The notes under the pieces were generated by a model. It ran no database searches. It had not been told where the DNA came from and worked only from the letters and a program-made list of their open reading frames with translations. From Lingula anatina (Eukaryota > Animalia > Brachiopoda), in NCBI GenBank assembly GCA_051362555.1, contig CM120645.1:23030934-23094933 (forward strand): 64,000 bases of DNA. Direction: 5' to 3'. This document shows, piece after piece, positions 13,661 to 28,358 of this stretch (positions are counted from its first letter, which is position 1; every line of letters begins with the position of its first letter). A program made the position numbers and the translations under genes.

Positions 13661-14439
13661 GTGAAGGCTTCTGCAGGTGCTGCTTTTGGATTCCACTTCA
13701 GCCGTGGTTGGGTTGGTGTAATAATGTGTAGTTGAAGGCTTCTGCAGGTGCTTCTCCTGGATCCCACTTCAACATTTCGTGGAAAATATCTTGCATTTGA
13801 TTTTACTGCCTTTCATCATACAGCTGCTTTATGAAGGAAAAATATATTCCATTTTTGAAATTATATTTCAAAAATGGAATGATATTTCAAAAATGGAATA
13901 TATATTTATTATTATTATTATTTTTTTTTTTTTGAAATTATATTTACTCATCTTTAACCAGATGAATGTTATATTACTTAAAATAACACCTGGAACATTA
14001 TCTCTCGGTGCATAAATTAATACTTACAGCACTCAAGCACAAAGGTCTGAGATTATCCTCATCTTATGAGAGGTGCATTGATAACTGTATAATACATATA
14101 CATATGCAATTTTATATCAAATTATGTTCAGATTTCACTGTTGAACCTCAAAATGTATAAGAATCTCTTTGTCTCCTCACCAGTTTGAATTTGTGAGAGC
14201 AATTTAAGACAATTTTGTCATTTTTCATTAAATCTCACACATACTTGGTGCTAGGAAAGTAGGGACCATTAATGAAATCGGGTTTTGTACAATAACATGT
14301 ATCATCATGGTTTATTTTAATTGTAATGGTTACATCACTTTTGGACATATCTGGTGAAGACTACGTATTTTACAGCTAAAATGTCAGTGGTTGTGGTTTC
14401 ATTTTAATCATGATGCACTCGCTCAACATTTATAAAATG

Positions 14440-14455
14440 AATAAAACCTTTTATT
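14440..14455. terminator. Back-to-back polyadenylation signals for CLN3 (+) and MFSD3 (-)
   Basis: AATAAA at 14440-14445 (+) and TTTATT at 14450-14455 (AATAAA on -), lying between the convergent stop codons at 13660 and 14775. Confidence 0.5.
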
Positions 14456-14774
14456 TCAAAATGAAATGTGTTTCTCACTGATAATTTACAAATGTACATG
14501 TTATTGAGTTTTAGCAGCACTGCTAAGTTATCTTAGCAACATCTTTTTATACATAAAGTAAAGTAGACAATTTTTAAACAATTTTTAAACAATTTTTAGA
14601 CAATTTTTCGTCTTTAAAACAACATGTAAAGAATACAAGCTTTGCATATCTCACATAAAAAAAAAAAGCTTTTTGCATTTTCAACACGCATCTTCCCACA
14701 TAACCCATTTGCTTCTTTCCCTTCTCATTTCAGTTGTTTTAATATGCACAATTTCTGTCCATTTCATGCTTTTT

Positions 14775-17700
14775 TCAGTCAACTTTTTCGAATTTATTCT
14801 CATATGAAACCTGTTCTTCTTCATCCTCCTCGCCTTCCTCTTCTTCTTCCTCTTCTTCTTCCCTATTGAGGAATACCACCAAGTTACTGGGGCATGAGTT
14901 AAAATAGAGTAATAATAAGAAAGAAAGTCCTATGAATATGACAAACACCAGTGGATAACCCAGTACGTCCACCATGTATCCAGCCAGAGAGATGAAGATT
15001 AGTTTTCCAAGAACCTCCAATGTTGCTAGGAAAGTGAAATGGGTTGCCTGGCTTTTTTCTGGTGCATGCTGGGAACACTGCATCATCAAGGTGAAGGTCA
15101 CTGTGGTTACCATGCCGCTGATAAGCATGAGGACACAGAAAGCCCACACTGCTGCATCTGCAGATATGAAAAGAGAAAATCTTGTAGAATTGCCAAGTTA
15201 TGCTGAAAACCTTCTGTGCTTTAATAATTTCTATTATCTGCCTTATAAATCCAAACAAAAACAGTACTGGCAAACATTTATTGTATAATTCAACCAAAAA
15301 GACAAGTATTTATATTTAAGTATGTATTTTTAATGATGAAATGACAAGTAGGAGAACTGAATATCACTTTAGTGGGATATATAAACATCTCATAATTTGT
15401 TTGCATATACAAAACTATAAATCTTGTTGCCTGAATAAGAAACTTCATTGTCAGCAATTCCCTGATATCCATACTCACAGTAGGAAAGAGTGGTGCTGAA
15501 GATACCGGTATCCCATGATGCCACCACCCACAGCAGAGCGCCAAGTGGCAGCAGACGACACACACTCAGCTGCTTCAGGACAAACACTGCTGGAAGCCTG
15601 CAGAAAAAATAAAACATCTTAAGCCAAGACATTTCTCAAAAACTAGCAAGCAGATAATAAAGATCAGGCTGAGAAAAAGAAAAGCGCCTCTAATTCAACT
15701 TTACAGTAGAAAAACACTTTATAGTAGAAAGACGCATTTTTTATAAAATCAGCCAAATATTTTCTCCATTGGCTCTTAAATTTATGAGATATATTCATGA
15801 TTAATTTTAAACTGAACTGGCAAAACAGAAATAAAAACTTTCTGTCTTTACTCCTAGCACACCTACCTTATCTGATTTGATTTTACAGCGGTGGTTTAAG
15901 ATAAGAATTCTTAAGACTGGACATTTTTCAACATCCAAATTTAACATATAACAAGGATGTTACTCACCCATACTTGGACAGTACCCAGCCGCCCAACATG
16001 GATCCACATATGGAGACGCTCTGGCCCACGATACCCGTCCACAGCCCTATGTCTGGTGCTGCCACCTTGTGGTCCACCAGGAACAGCGGAAGCATATTGC
16101 AAGCACCCTGTTCTCCTGGTAAATATATAAGTATATATATACTGATAACTAGAGGATCAGAGAGGCGATACCGCCTCCGAATATTCTACCACCAGCTGGA
16201 GCAAGCGCATTCGTATAGACCCCCACATATACAAAATAAGGAACACAGCCACCAGTCTTGTGCTTGCAAAGCTGTAAAAATGCAATCAACAAGAATTTTC
16301 AAAATATGCAAAAAATATATATATAACTAAAATGGTACAATCAAAGTTAAGTTCATTGTAAGGTAGGTCAAAGGTCAATTCCAAGGTCACAGTAAATTGC
16401 CAATATATGACTTCCTATTCAACTTCAATAGTAACTATGGACCTATCTCTGCCAGGTTTGGAGTTAAAAGAAAAAGAAATTAGCAGAGTTCAGTTCATGA
16501 TAATAAGTAGGTCAAAGGTCAATTTCAAGGTCACACTTAGATTGCCAGTATATGACTTCCTATTCACGTTCAATAGTAACTATGGACCTATGGACCTATC
16601 TCTGCCAGTTTTGGAGATAAAGGAGAAGCAAAATATGCAAAGTTCAGTTCATGGTGAAAAGTAGGTCAAAGGTCAATTTTAAGGTCACTTTTAGATTGCC
16701 AGTATATGACTTCCTATTCAAGTTCAATAGTAACTACGGACCTATCTCTGCCAGTTTTGGAGATAAAAGGAAAGCAAAATTTGCAAAGTTCAATTCATGG
16801 TGAAAAGTAGGTCAAAGGTCAATTTTAAGGTCACATTTAGATTGCCAGTATATGACTTCCTATTCAACTTCAATAGTAACTATGGACCTATCTCTGCCAG
16901 TTTTGGAGATAAAAGGGAAGCAAAATTTGCAAAGTTCAGTTCATGGTGAAAAGTAGGTCAAAGGTCAATTTTAAGGTCACATTTAGATTGCCAGTATATG
17001 ACTTCCTATTCAACTTCAATAGTAACTATGGACCTATCTCTGCCAGTTTTGGAGATAAAAGGGAAGCAAAATTTGCAAAATTCAGTTCATGGTGTAAAGT
17101 AGGTCAAAGGTCAATTTTAAGGTCACATTTAGATTGCCAGTATATGACTTCCTATTCAAGTTCAAGAGTAACTATGGACCTATCTCTGCCAGTTTTGGAG
17201 ATAAAAGGGAAGCAAAATTTGCAAAGTTCAGTTCATGGTGAAAAGTAGGTCAAAGGTCAATTTTAAGGTCACATTTAGATTGCCAGTATATGACTTCCTA
17301 TTCAACTTCAATAGTAACTATGGACCTATCTCTGCCAGTTTTGGAGATATAAGGGACTAAATGTTATAATTTTGGAGTTACCATAATGTGCCATAAATTT
17401 CCTACAGAAAAAATTAATTAAAATAAAGAAAAGGTCATTTTGGTCAATATTCTTGAAATGGGAGGTGCTCTAAAGTTCCAGATGTTCAAATTTGATGAAA
17501 TAATGTCATTTTTGACCACAAGTTGTCTGCTTTGCCAAGCCTTATGTTTTATTTTTCCGGAGTTCAAAATTTATTATCCATTACCGTACTGCACATTTTG
17601 CTTTCACCACCAATATGTACTTTTTGATACAGCGTAACTCGAAAACGGTATGGAATACAAAAAAACAGAGACCACCTCCAGTGTTGGGCTTTACATGCTC

Positions 17701-18759
17701 TACAAAATGCAAAAAAGAATGGGTGTCTAGCATTAACGGTTCCCAAATTAGAGACAGTTTTAAGTTTCGATATCTTATGGCCGCTACTCCCGTGAAAATG
17801 CACCGATTGACCCCAAATTCACAGAGATGAAAGATGACCCGAAGGGTAACACTTTCCATTAATATTATTAGTTAAGTTTGTGTGGTATCTGAATAAGGCC
17901 GCAAATAATTTTTTTTTCGGCAAAAATTTTGTTTTTTTGAAAATTTTGGCCTGTTTGACCTTGAAATAAAGGTCAAAGGTCAAATCCAAGGGCATATATG
18001 AAATCTACACATATGACTTTTGGAAAGCTGTCTGTAGAAATTTTTCCCATAATTCCTCCCGTAGGGGAGATAATTAGCATTTAATTTTGCCATTTTTGGA
18101 CAAGGGTGCATTGCAATGAGTGCCACACCTAGACCCCAATACCGACAAAGCCCAAATTTTACGTGGAACGAGTTGAGATTATAGGTGACCTAAATCCAAG
18201 AGATGGGTATGGAGGCCCTTACCGTCTAGGAGGAGAAGCGGTAACGGTGACTTGGCGGCGGAGCCGCAGGAGCCGGCGGAGCCGCAGGAGCCGGCGGAAC
18301 ATACGGGTCGGGACTAAAACCATGTGTACCGCCAGCGCCTACGCTGGTGGTACAATAAGAACCATTTTATTTCCTATTACATTTGTGTAACCATCTGAGC
18401 ACAGAACAAAAAGATATTTAATATATTAAACTTTATGTTTATGGTAAAATATTTTCAAATGCCTAATTAGATAATTCACTTTTACTATGTGGAAGACAGA
18501 AAATGATTTATTTATCTTGCCAAATCAACAGTGAATTAGTTATGAATTAGTATACGACAAGAAAATTATGCTTATGCTTTCTGTAGGAACTTCTACTGCA
18601 TTTTTAACTGTAAAGATGTGACTACAAGATAAAAGATTTCACACAGCAGAAGAGGTGGAATCTTCTTACCCCCTCTCTATTCTTTCTAGAAAAAAATACA
18701 ATTTGAAAAAGTCCTCATAGTCCTTGTGGCCAGTGAACTGATTAGTATGAGGCTCATAC

Positions 18760-18821
<62 letters not shown>

Positions 18822-19696
18822 ACTGACCAATCAATGCCCACATAACAATTTACCAATCAATGCTCACCTAACTTGTACATCAGCACGTAGCCAATCACCC
18901 ACTTTGTTCCTGGAGTGTTGAGTATATTGCACACAAACTGCAGCCCACCATTTGACAATCTTTCTCCCTGGTCAGCTTTTGGTTGTTCCAAGTCATGTGA
19001 GTGACCATGGTGATGTGAGTGACCATGATGAGAGTGACCATGTTCATCAATATTATGAGATTTAAGGTGGTCAGGAAAGTGGCCATCGTCTTCATCTTCA
19101 CAATCACTTAACATCCCCTGTTCCACCATGTCCAGGTGTCTTAACATTGGGGACAGGTACATGAAGAGCACCGCCTCCACGTACAGAGCACTTAACGTCA
19201 GAAAAGTCCCTAACCAGCCGATAATTCCCATAGTCCATGTTAAAACTCCTCCCCCAAAGAGTGACCCAACTTTATACCCTACCACTTGAGCAATGTTTCC
19301 CTGACTTAACTCATCAGGGTGGAGAATCTTAATAGCGAGTCCGTCCACCGCAATGTCTTGCACTGACGTAAAAATATTCAATATTAAAAGTACGCTACAT
19401 AGCAGCAGAATGTGTTCAGGAGTAATGAATGCACCTATTGCACAAGACAGCACCAATCCAAGCATGCTCCCAATGAGCCATTTTCTTTTTGTGCTGTATC
19501 TGTCCACAAATGGTGCCCACAGCACTTTGCAAAACCAGGGGGCGAATAAAAACTTGTATAATCCAACACTGGTTAGAGAGACTCCTTTACTCCGTAAGTA
19601 TACTGGAAGAAATCCTGTCTGTATTCCATAAGGCAATCCTTGTACAAAGTACAGGAAGAAAAGCACCACTAAGTTCTTTGATATTGACTTCAACAT
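14775..19696 (-). CDS. MFSD3: Major facilitator superfamily domain-containing protein 3 (SLC33/AmpG-like), 4 coding exons, ~492 aa
   Basis: Exons 19696-18868, 16115-15968, 15597-15479, 15157-14775 (1479 nt, in frame). Motifs: LYFVQGLPYGIQTGFLP, PWFCKVLWAPFVD, SVQDIAVDGLAI, GNIAQVVGYKVGSLFGGG, YKLGEQGA...LPLFLVD, VTTVTFTLMM, QATHFTFLATLEVLGKL. Confidence 0.92.
16288..18358 (-). mobile_element. Non-autonomous Helentron/HINE-like element in MFSD3 intron 1
   Basis: Terminal palindrome TGTACCGCCAGCG-CCTA-CGCTGGTGGTACA (~18325-18354), adjacent GCGGAGCCGCAGGA microsatellite (18255-18299), internal 146-bp tandem array, and a distal GGTACAAT echo at ~16334. Confidence 0.6.
16345..17355. repeat. Tandem array of ~146-bp units, about 7 copies
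   Basis: AGGTCAAAGGTCAATT recurs at 16364, 16509, 16663, 16809, 16955, 17101 and 17247. Units are nearly identical and have no spacers. Confidence 0.95.
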
Positions 19697-21001
19697 GATG
19701 GCAGTGACCCTGAGCTTTTGCCTGGAAATATAACATCATAATGCTTACTTATATTTTTCAAAAATTAACAAAAGATAAAGCATTACAGTAGATTTACAAG
19801 GTGGACCTAGTAGTTTTAACATTCACTTGTATGTGCAGTAAAAATTTTGGCATTTGGCATCACCTAGGTAATGGTTTCTACTTGGCTGTGGTGTTCACTA
19901 TATTAAGTGTATCATATTGCTATGAATATCAGCATGCATCTTCATGCCTTCATATGTATATGGCAGAAATATTGATTTATACCCTTCACATGCAAGCAAT
20001 ATAGATTATACTTGAATATCTCTAAAACTAGTTTAAAAACAAAATTTGACATAACATGCCATATTGCCTGTATTTCAGAAACTTAATTATAAGTGTTATT
20101 AAGTGAATTCAGGGAAATACAAAACTGATCAACATTGGTCTTCGTGAAAATATCTTTTTACACCAGATAATGAAGCTTAAGTAAAAAATGCTCCTACTAA
20201 TTATTTTCAAATATATCTCAGCCCCAGGTGTCTTTTATACCTAAAAAAGCAGTCGTTTCAAAATAATCAGTAATACTAGTACAGAACTATTGATACCAAT
20301 CACCTGCAGCATGTATCCCATCTTTACAATGTCATGGCTTCTAATTTCCCATATAACTATGAGAACTCTTCTGTAATCTCAATATCTACTGGAGTTACTG
20401 CTTAATTATTGATACTATGTGAGAATCCAATGGTAATCATGTTTGCCAGCTGTAAGGTTCTTAACCTTTAGAGCTTTTGGTCACATGGGGCAGCACTTGT
20501 GGATACTCTATCAAGATAAGCCCATCCCCAATTTTTGACAGTTCAATCATGCAAAGATAAATACCAACAGACACTGGACTAACTTACTAATTTACACATT
20601 TTAGTCTGCAAGCAAGCTTATCGGATATTCACCCTTTTAACACCATGTATCAAAAAATTAATTCAATTCAATTCATTAGGTGACTTTAAACTATAATTAT
20701 GATATGTATTAGAAAGCTTTGGGCCTTTTATTTTTTAACTTTTTTAATGAAAAAAAAAAAACAGTACATGTTGCCTTCAAACTAAACTCATCATACTGCA
20801 CTTAACTGTATCCAAACAGATCACTACAGTGTTGATTTTTAACATTCACAGCAAATGCTACAAGATACTACAAGAAGTAAGAGACATATATATATATATA
20901 TATAGTATATTCATCATGCCTGCTTCAGCCCGCAATAATTATTCTTGAGGTGCTTAGGTACCAAAAACAAAAGTGAAAGTGGACTTACTTCGATCATATA
21001 A

Positions 21002-23403
21002 TCACAGCCTCTTCTTGAATACCAAGCTGGTGACCGAATTTCCCGTTTTTCCTCCAAACTTGAACACTGGAGTTGGAATGGCGTCAACCAAAGTGAATGC
21101 TGGAAAAGAATAATGGTCAAAGTAAGCTAAAATTCTGATATTCAAGTTAATTTTCTGACTTAAGCTGTGTAGTGAAACAAACCCTTGGTACCTCTATCAA
21201 ACAACTTCTTCAGTCAAAGTCGACTAAGATTCTGATCTAAATCTTAAGACCAATATTCTGGCTAGCATTCTTATGTGAAATTGGTGCCTTTATCAGAACT
21301 TTCTCTCATGGAACAAGTACCTGTATTGAACAGCTTTAGTAACTCTTCCTTGGTCCAGTTACATGAGGTGATAATGAAGAGTCCAGTGTCCTTCAACAGG
21401 TGGCTGACATTCACTGTGTATTTTTCCCTCTTTCCGTGGGCGTTGTCTGGGCTCAGGCTGATGGCGTCAAATGTACCTTTGTCTACCACTATGTCGTACG
21501 TGCTTCTTAAACTGGCACTACTGGTGTCTGGTAGGTCATCAAGAGCGTCAGCAACCTGTTAATTATAAATCAAATACAAATACAGTTTCAGTCCTAAGGA
21601 CTTATAAAGTCACCAGTTTTGCCATTAGTTATATAATAGCTCCTGTCAGATCCAGAAGCTGTAAAAGAGAAAAGCTGGCTGTACTTCTGAAAAAGTCTGT
21701 GAAGAGTACCCGAGGTCTCTCTTCAACTGCCCCCAGTTAATAATTGTAAAAGTACTTGTCCAATTAAACTAAAAACTTCCTTCTTTTGCTTCTTCTGTGA
21801 ATATGTGAAACAAATACAGAGGAATGGAATTAAGTTCACACACCTCATATTCAATGGTGATGTCCTCTGCCTCAGTGACAGACCTGGCCAGCTGAATGGC
21901 CGCCTCACAGTAGTCCACCCCCACCAGATTAACAAAACCACGCTTTCTCTGGAAAAAAACAAATTCTTAAACGATTAACACTATCTTCAGGATCTTTTAA
22001 GATATTAGTGCTCATTAATAATAACTCTAAGCATTAGCACATACTGTATGGAATTTTACTAGGAACTTAGAGGTGATACTCCATGGGTAATTACAATATC
22101 TTATTAAGCAGCAGATTTACTGCTGTCTACCTTGATAAAAAGTGGTTTTCTTCTTTTTTTATCTGAAAACCCACCAGTTCAATCAGCAGTGTGCCATTGC
22201 CACACCCCAGATCTAAGACGGAGTTTTCTTTCTGCGTCAGATCACTTTCTTCTATCCAGTCCGCTACTCTCTCAATACTGTCATAACCAAACCTGAACAA
22301 AAAAGCTGCAAAGTTAACTACTGTAGGACTTTTCCAAGTTAAGAAAAAACACTTCACTTCTTGTTTTTATACTAATATAGACAATTTTAATACAGGTTTA
22401 CAGATCACAGCATCATTCATTTTCAAACTCAAAAATCTGTACTCTATTTCTGAATATTGAAAAATAAAAAAGAACTTTTTTACTAAAAATTAAATAAAGA
22501 GAGTCTTGCATGCACTCAAAATTAACATGTGAAAATAAAAAATAGATAGAAGAAAAACATCCAAACAAAATATTATTGACTTTCCATTTACTATAAAGTA
22601 TGTTACAACACAAAAATGCAATTTTGTTCCATTTTTAACTTTTATAAAATATCTCACTTTTCCTACCAAACCTCTCCTTCATCCCCGGTTTCTTGAAAAC
22701 TTTTCAATTCTCTCTCGTAGGCTTCATCCCAACTGGAAATAGAAGAAATCACAAATATGTTGGTCTTAGGTATGACATTACCTGAAGGAAAAGGGTGATT
22801 ACCAATCATTTATCCAAAAACAAACAAACTATAGTTATTTCACAAAATAGAATATGACGTGTTAAGTCTTTTTCTCATTTCAGACCAGAGGAAACATGCA
22901 CAATAAAGTTTAAGAAAGGGAAGAATTAACGCGATAACAACAAATGTAACGTTAATGTAACTTATTTTCCATAAATTATTTACTCGCATTATTTATGGAA
23001 TTGCAGTGAATTATATGGTTCTTTGGCCCTTGCCCTTATGTTACTCAGCAACGATGGTATTTTTACTTGATTTATCACATGACGATAACGAATTTTGATT
23101 GGCAAATCTATCATTCTTCTTTTACAAGTACATGCACTATGTAGAACAAATCTTCTTTCGATCGATTTGTTAATGTTATACATGTTGTTAATGTTATACT
23201 TGTTGCACGTGATGTTTTGTTTACTTCAATTATAAACCCGATTACAAAGGAAACAAAAAACTGGGTCTGGCATTTTTGTGCATTATTTCTTAACCAACTG
23301 TGGCCAGGTATACATGCAGTTATTTCTATTGAACTTACTACTGTTTAGTGCCCAATTTCGATGACTCAAATCCACCGTCAAGTGTGTCACAGGGCGCTGC
23401 CAT
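21002..23403 (-). CDS. EEF1AKMT2: EEF1A lysine methyltransferase 2 (METTL10), 6 exons, ~228 aa
   Basis: Exons 23403-23339, 22732-22667, 22292-22175, 21948-21844, 21555-21321, 21099-21002 (687 nt). Motifs: SKLGTKQYWDEAYERE..F.ETGDEGEVWFG, VLDLGCGNG, DKGTFDAISL, IITSCNWTKEEL, PTPVFKFGGKTGNSV. Confidence 0.95.
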
Positions 23404-23522
23404 ATTTCAATTCACAATGAGGCGCATGACGTCACTCTGGTCACGAGAACGACCGCCATATTGGAGGTGGAAAAATTGCAGTAGCATCGGAAGAACATTT
23501 TTGTAAAAATATCGCAATTTTG
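23404..23522. promoter_or_regulatory. Compact bidirectional promoter of EEF1AKMT2 (-) and RAB7 (+), including the RAB7 non-coding first exon
   Basis: CRE palindrome TGACGTCA at 23427-23434, GTCACGAG at 23440, YY1-like CCGCCATATT at 23453, and a + strand donor TG|GTGAGT at 23522/23523. The EEF1AKMT2 ATG is at 23403. Confidence 0.65.
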
Positions 23523-24625
23523 GTGAGTTGACAGGTTTTCAGGTGGTGATGAGATGATCAGACATTAACTGTTTGTTTATGAATATCTTTTTTATAATGA
23601 TTGTGGCAACATTGGGGTATTTACGAACTTGCTGCGTTTTTGTTTTGTTTGGCGATTCATTTTATTCGTTCTCTGATTCGATGTCTTTCACTTCATTGAA
23701 ATGTCACCAAACAAACATTTGAATGATGGTTGGAAGTTTTAAGTTATAGTAAAACATATTGTTAATTTGACTTAAAGAAAACAATAATACTGTCAAGAAT
23801 AAGAATAAAGTATTCGTGACATAGTCGTAAATATTTTTTATGCTCGTGTAAAGTGTATTTCCTGGTTTTTTCATTTGTTTTGGTTTTGTTGATTTGATAA
23901 TTGTACTTGTTATATAGTATGAAGTGCTCCAGTTTTGAGATATTTGTCGTCCTTTTGTAACTGAAATGTGATCTGTATCTGGACTTATATAGGTCATTGA
24001 TAAATAAGAGTGCAGAGGGGAGGTGTTGGCCACACATGGTATTACATGGAAAGTGTCACTGCCTGACATATGGATCTTTTCACCTTGTTGAAAATGATCA
24101 ACATATGCAATGGAATGAATTGATTTACAGTAGTCAATAAGTCCCACTCCCCAGGCCAGGCAATCTTGACACAAACTGTTTACCTTTGCCCTCTGTTTTC
24201 TATCAGATTTTGGTCAGATAAATGGTTTGTAACGTAGACCATGGGCATCAACTTGTGTGTAATTATGCAAGATGTTATGTGAAAAAAAAACAACATATTT
24301 TTAGTCACTGAAAAACTGCCCCTAGTGTTAATGGTCTCTTGTAAAATCTGCCTACCAGTAGATTTAAAATGTAATGTATTTCCTTTGAAATGTTATAAAT
24401 CCTAAGGTAGAAACTTTAATGGAAAAAATACTTTTGCATAGGAACAGGTGCATTTTTATGTGGCAAACAAAAGAATTTCATTCCAGTCTTGGTAGTTCCC
24501 CCTTGACAGCAACTTCAGAATATATCACACTTGGCTTCCTTTAGGCTTGATGATTTGTACTCATATTCCTCTGACCTGTTTTAATACCCAAGGATAGTTG
24601 GCCAATGGCTATTTCTAATGTATGC

Positions 24626-24705
<80 letters not shown>

Positions 24706-25481
24706 GAGGTGAATTGAGGGATAAAACAGATGGCAGATTGAAATACCTGAGAAGTGTATTATCCATCAAACAATTGTATAAGTGATCTACAAGATTTCAG
24801 ACTTCAGTCATCTTTAATTACTATACCAAGTTTTAATCTTTTTCACAAATCTACCTACATTAAGATTTCTCCCTGGAGTTCCAAGTATACGGGTTCCTAT
24901 CCGCATTGTGTCTTTTATGAGAGTTCTCTTGTTTGTGATATTTGAGCAGATTTTAATCTCTTTTGTTGTGGAAAAAAACATAAATGTCAGATTGAGGGTG
25001 AGATAAGGTTTACATTTTATGAGAACTTCTTGTAGGTCACCGCCTTGCTTACTAGTATGCACTGGACTTTATAGCCCTCATCCAGTACCTCTTTTAAAAA
25101 AGTAATTTCAACCAATCACCCGAATAAATATTGTGTGACCTATGAAATTGTGAAAAAAAACAAGGGTTTTCTGGTAGAAATACACCTCTCACTTGCCATG
25201 TGCAGAAGTTGTTTATGATTGAACTTGCTGGAATACTAGAACTGTTTCCTTATCTGTCTGCGTCTTGGACTACAGCATATTGAAGTGAATGTCTGATATC
25301 AGGTTACTTATATTAATCATGTCTGCATTTTAATAATAAGTATTATGACAGGTGCTGCCACACTACACCAGAAGTTTGAGACAACCTTTTTTTGCTGTGC
25401 TTGGAGAGTGACAGATACGTTTTACGCTACATCCTGAATGTTGTATAACACATCTTTTTTATTGTTGCAGTAATTTTCACC

Positions 25482-28358
<2,877 letters not shown>

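Noticed and set aside
16407-17248. ORFs of 85-101 aa inside the 146-bp array
   Set aside because: They are by-products of the tandem repeat, with no splice or domain support.
16345-17355. Regular repeats (also 4549-5160) as a CRISPR array
   Set aside because: Units are 146-161 bp head-to-tail with no unique spacers, there are no cas genes, and the context is a eukaryotic intron. This is satellite DNA within HINE-like elements.
18163-18390. ORF with RSRRSRRSRR resembling an SR or protamine-like protein
   Set aside because: It is the translation of the microsatellite at the end of the HINE-like element.
19696-21004. Stop-codon read-through or selenocysteine fusion of EEF1AKMT2 into MFSD3
   Set aside because: After the predicted splice the spacer is 38 nt, not a multiple of 3. 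Reading through the TGA reaches another TGA overlapping the first MFSD3 codons in a different frame.
23704-24174. 156-aa minus-strand ORF in RAB7 intron 1
   Set aside because: Non-ATG start, no recognisable domain, and AT-rich intronic composition.
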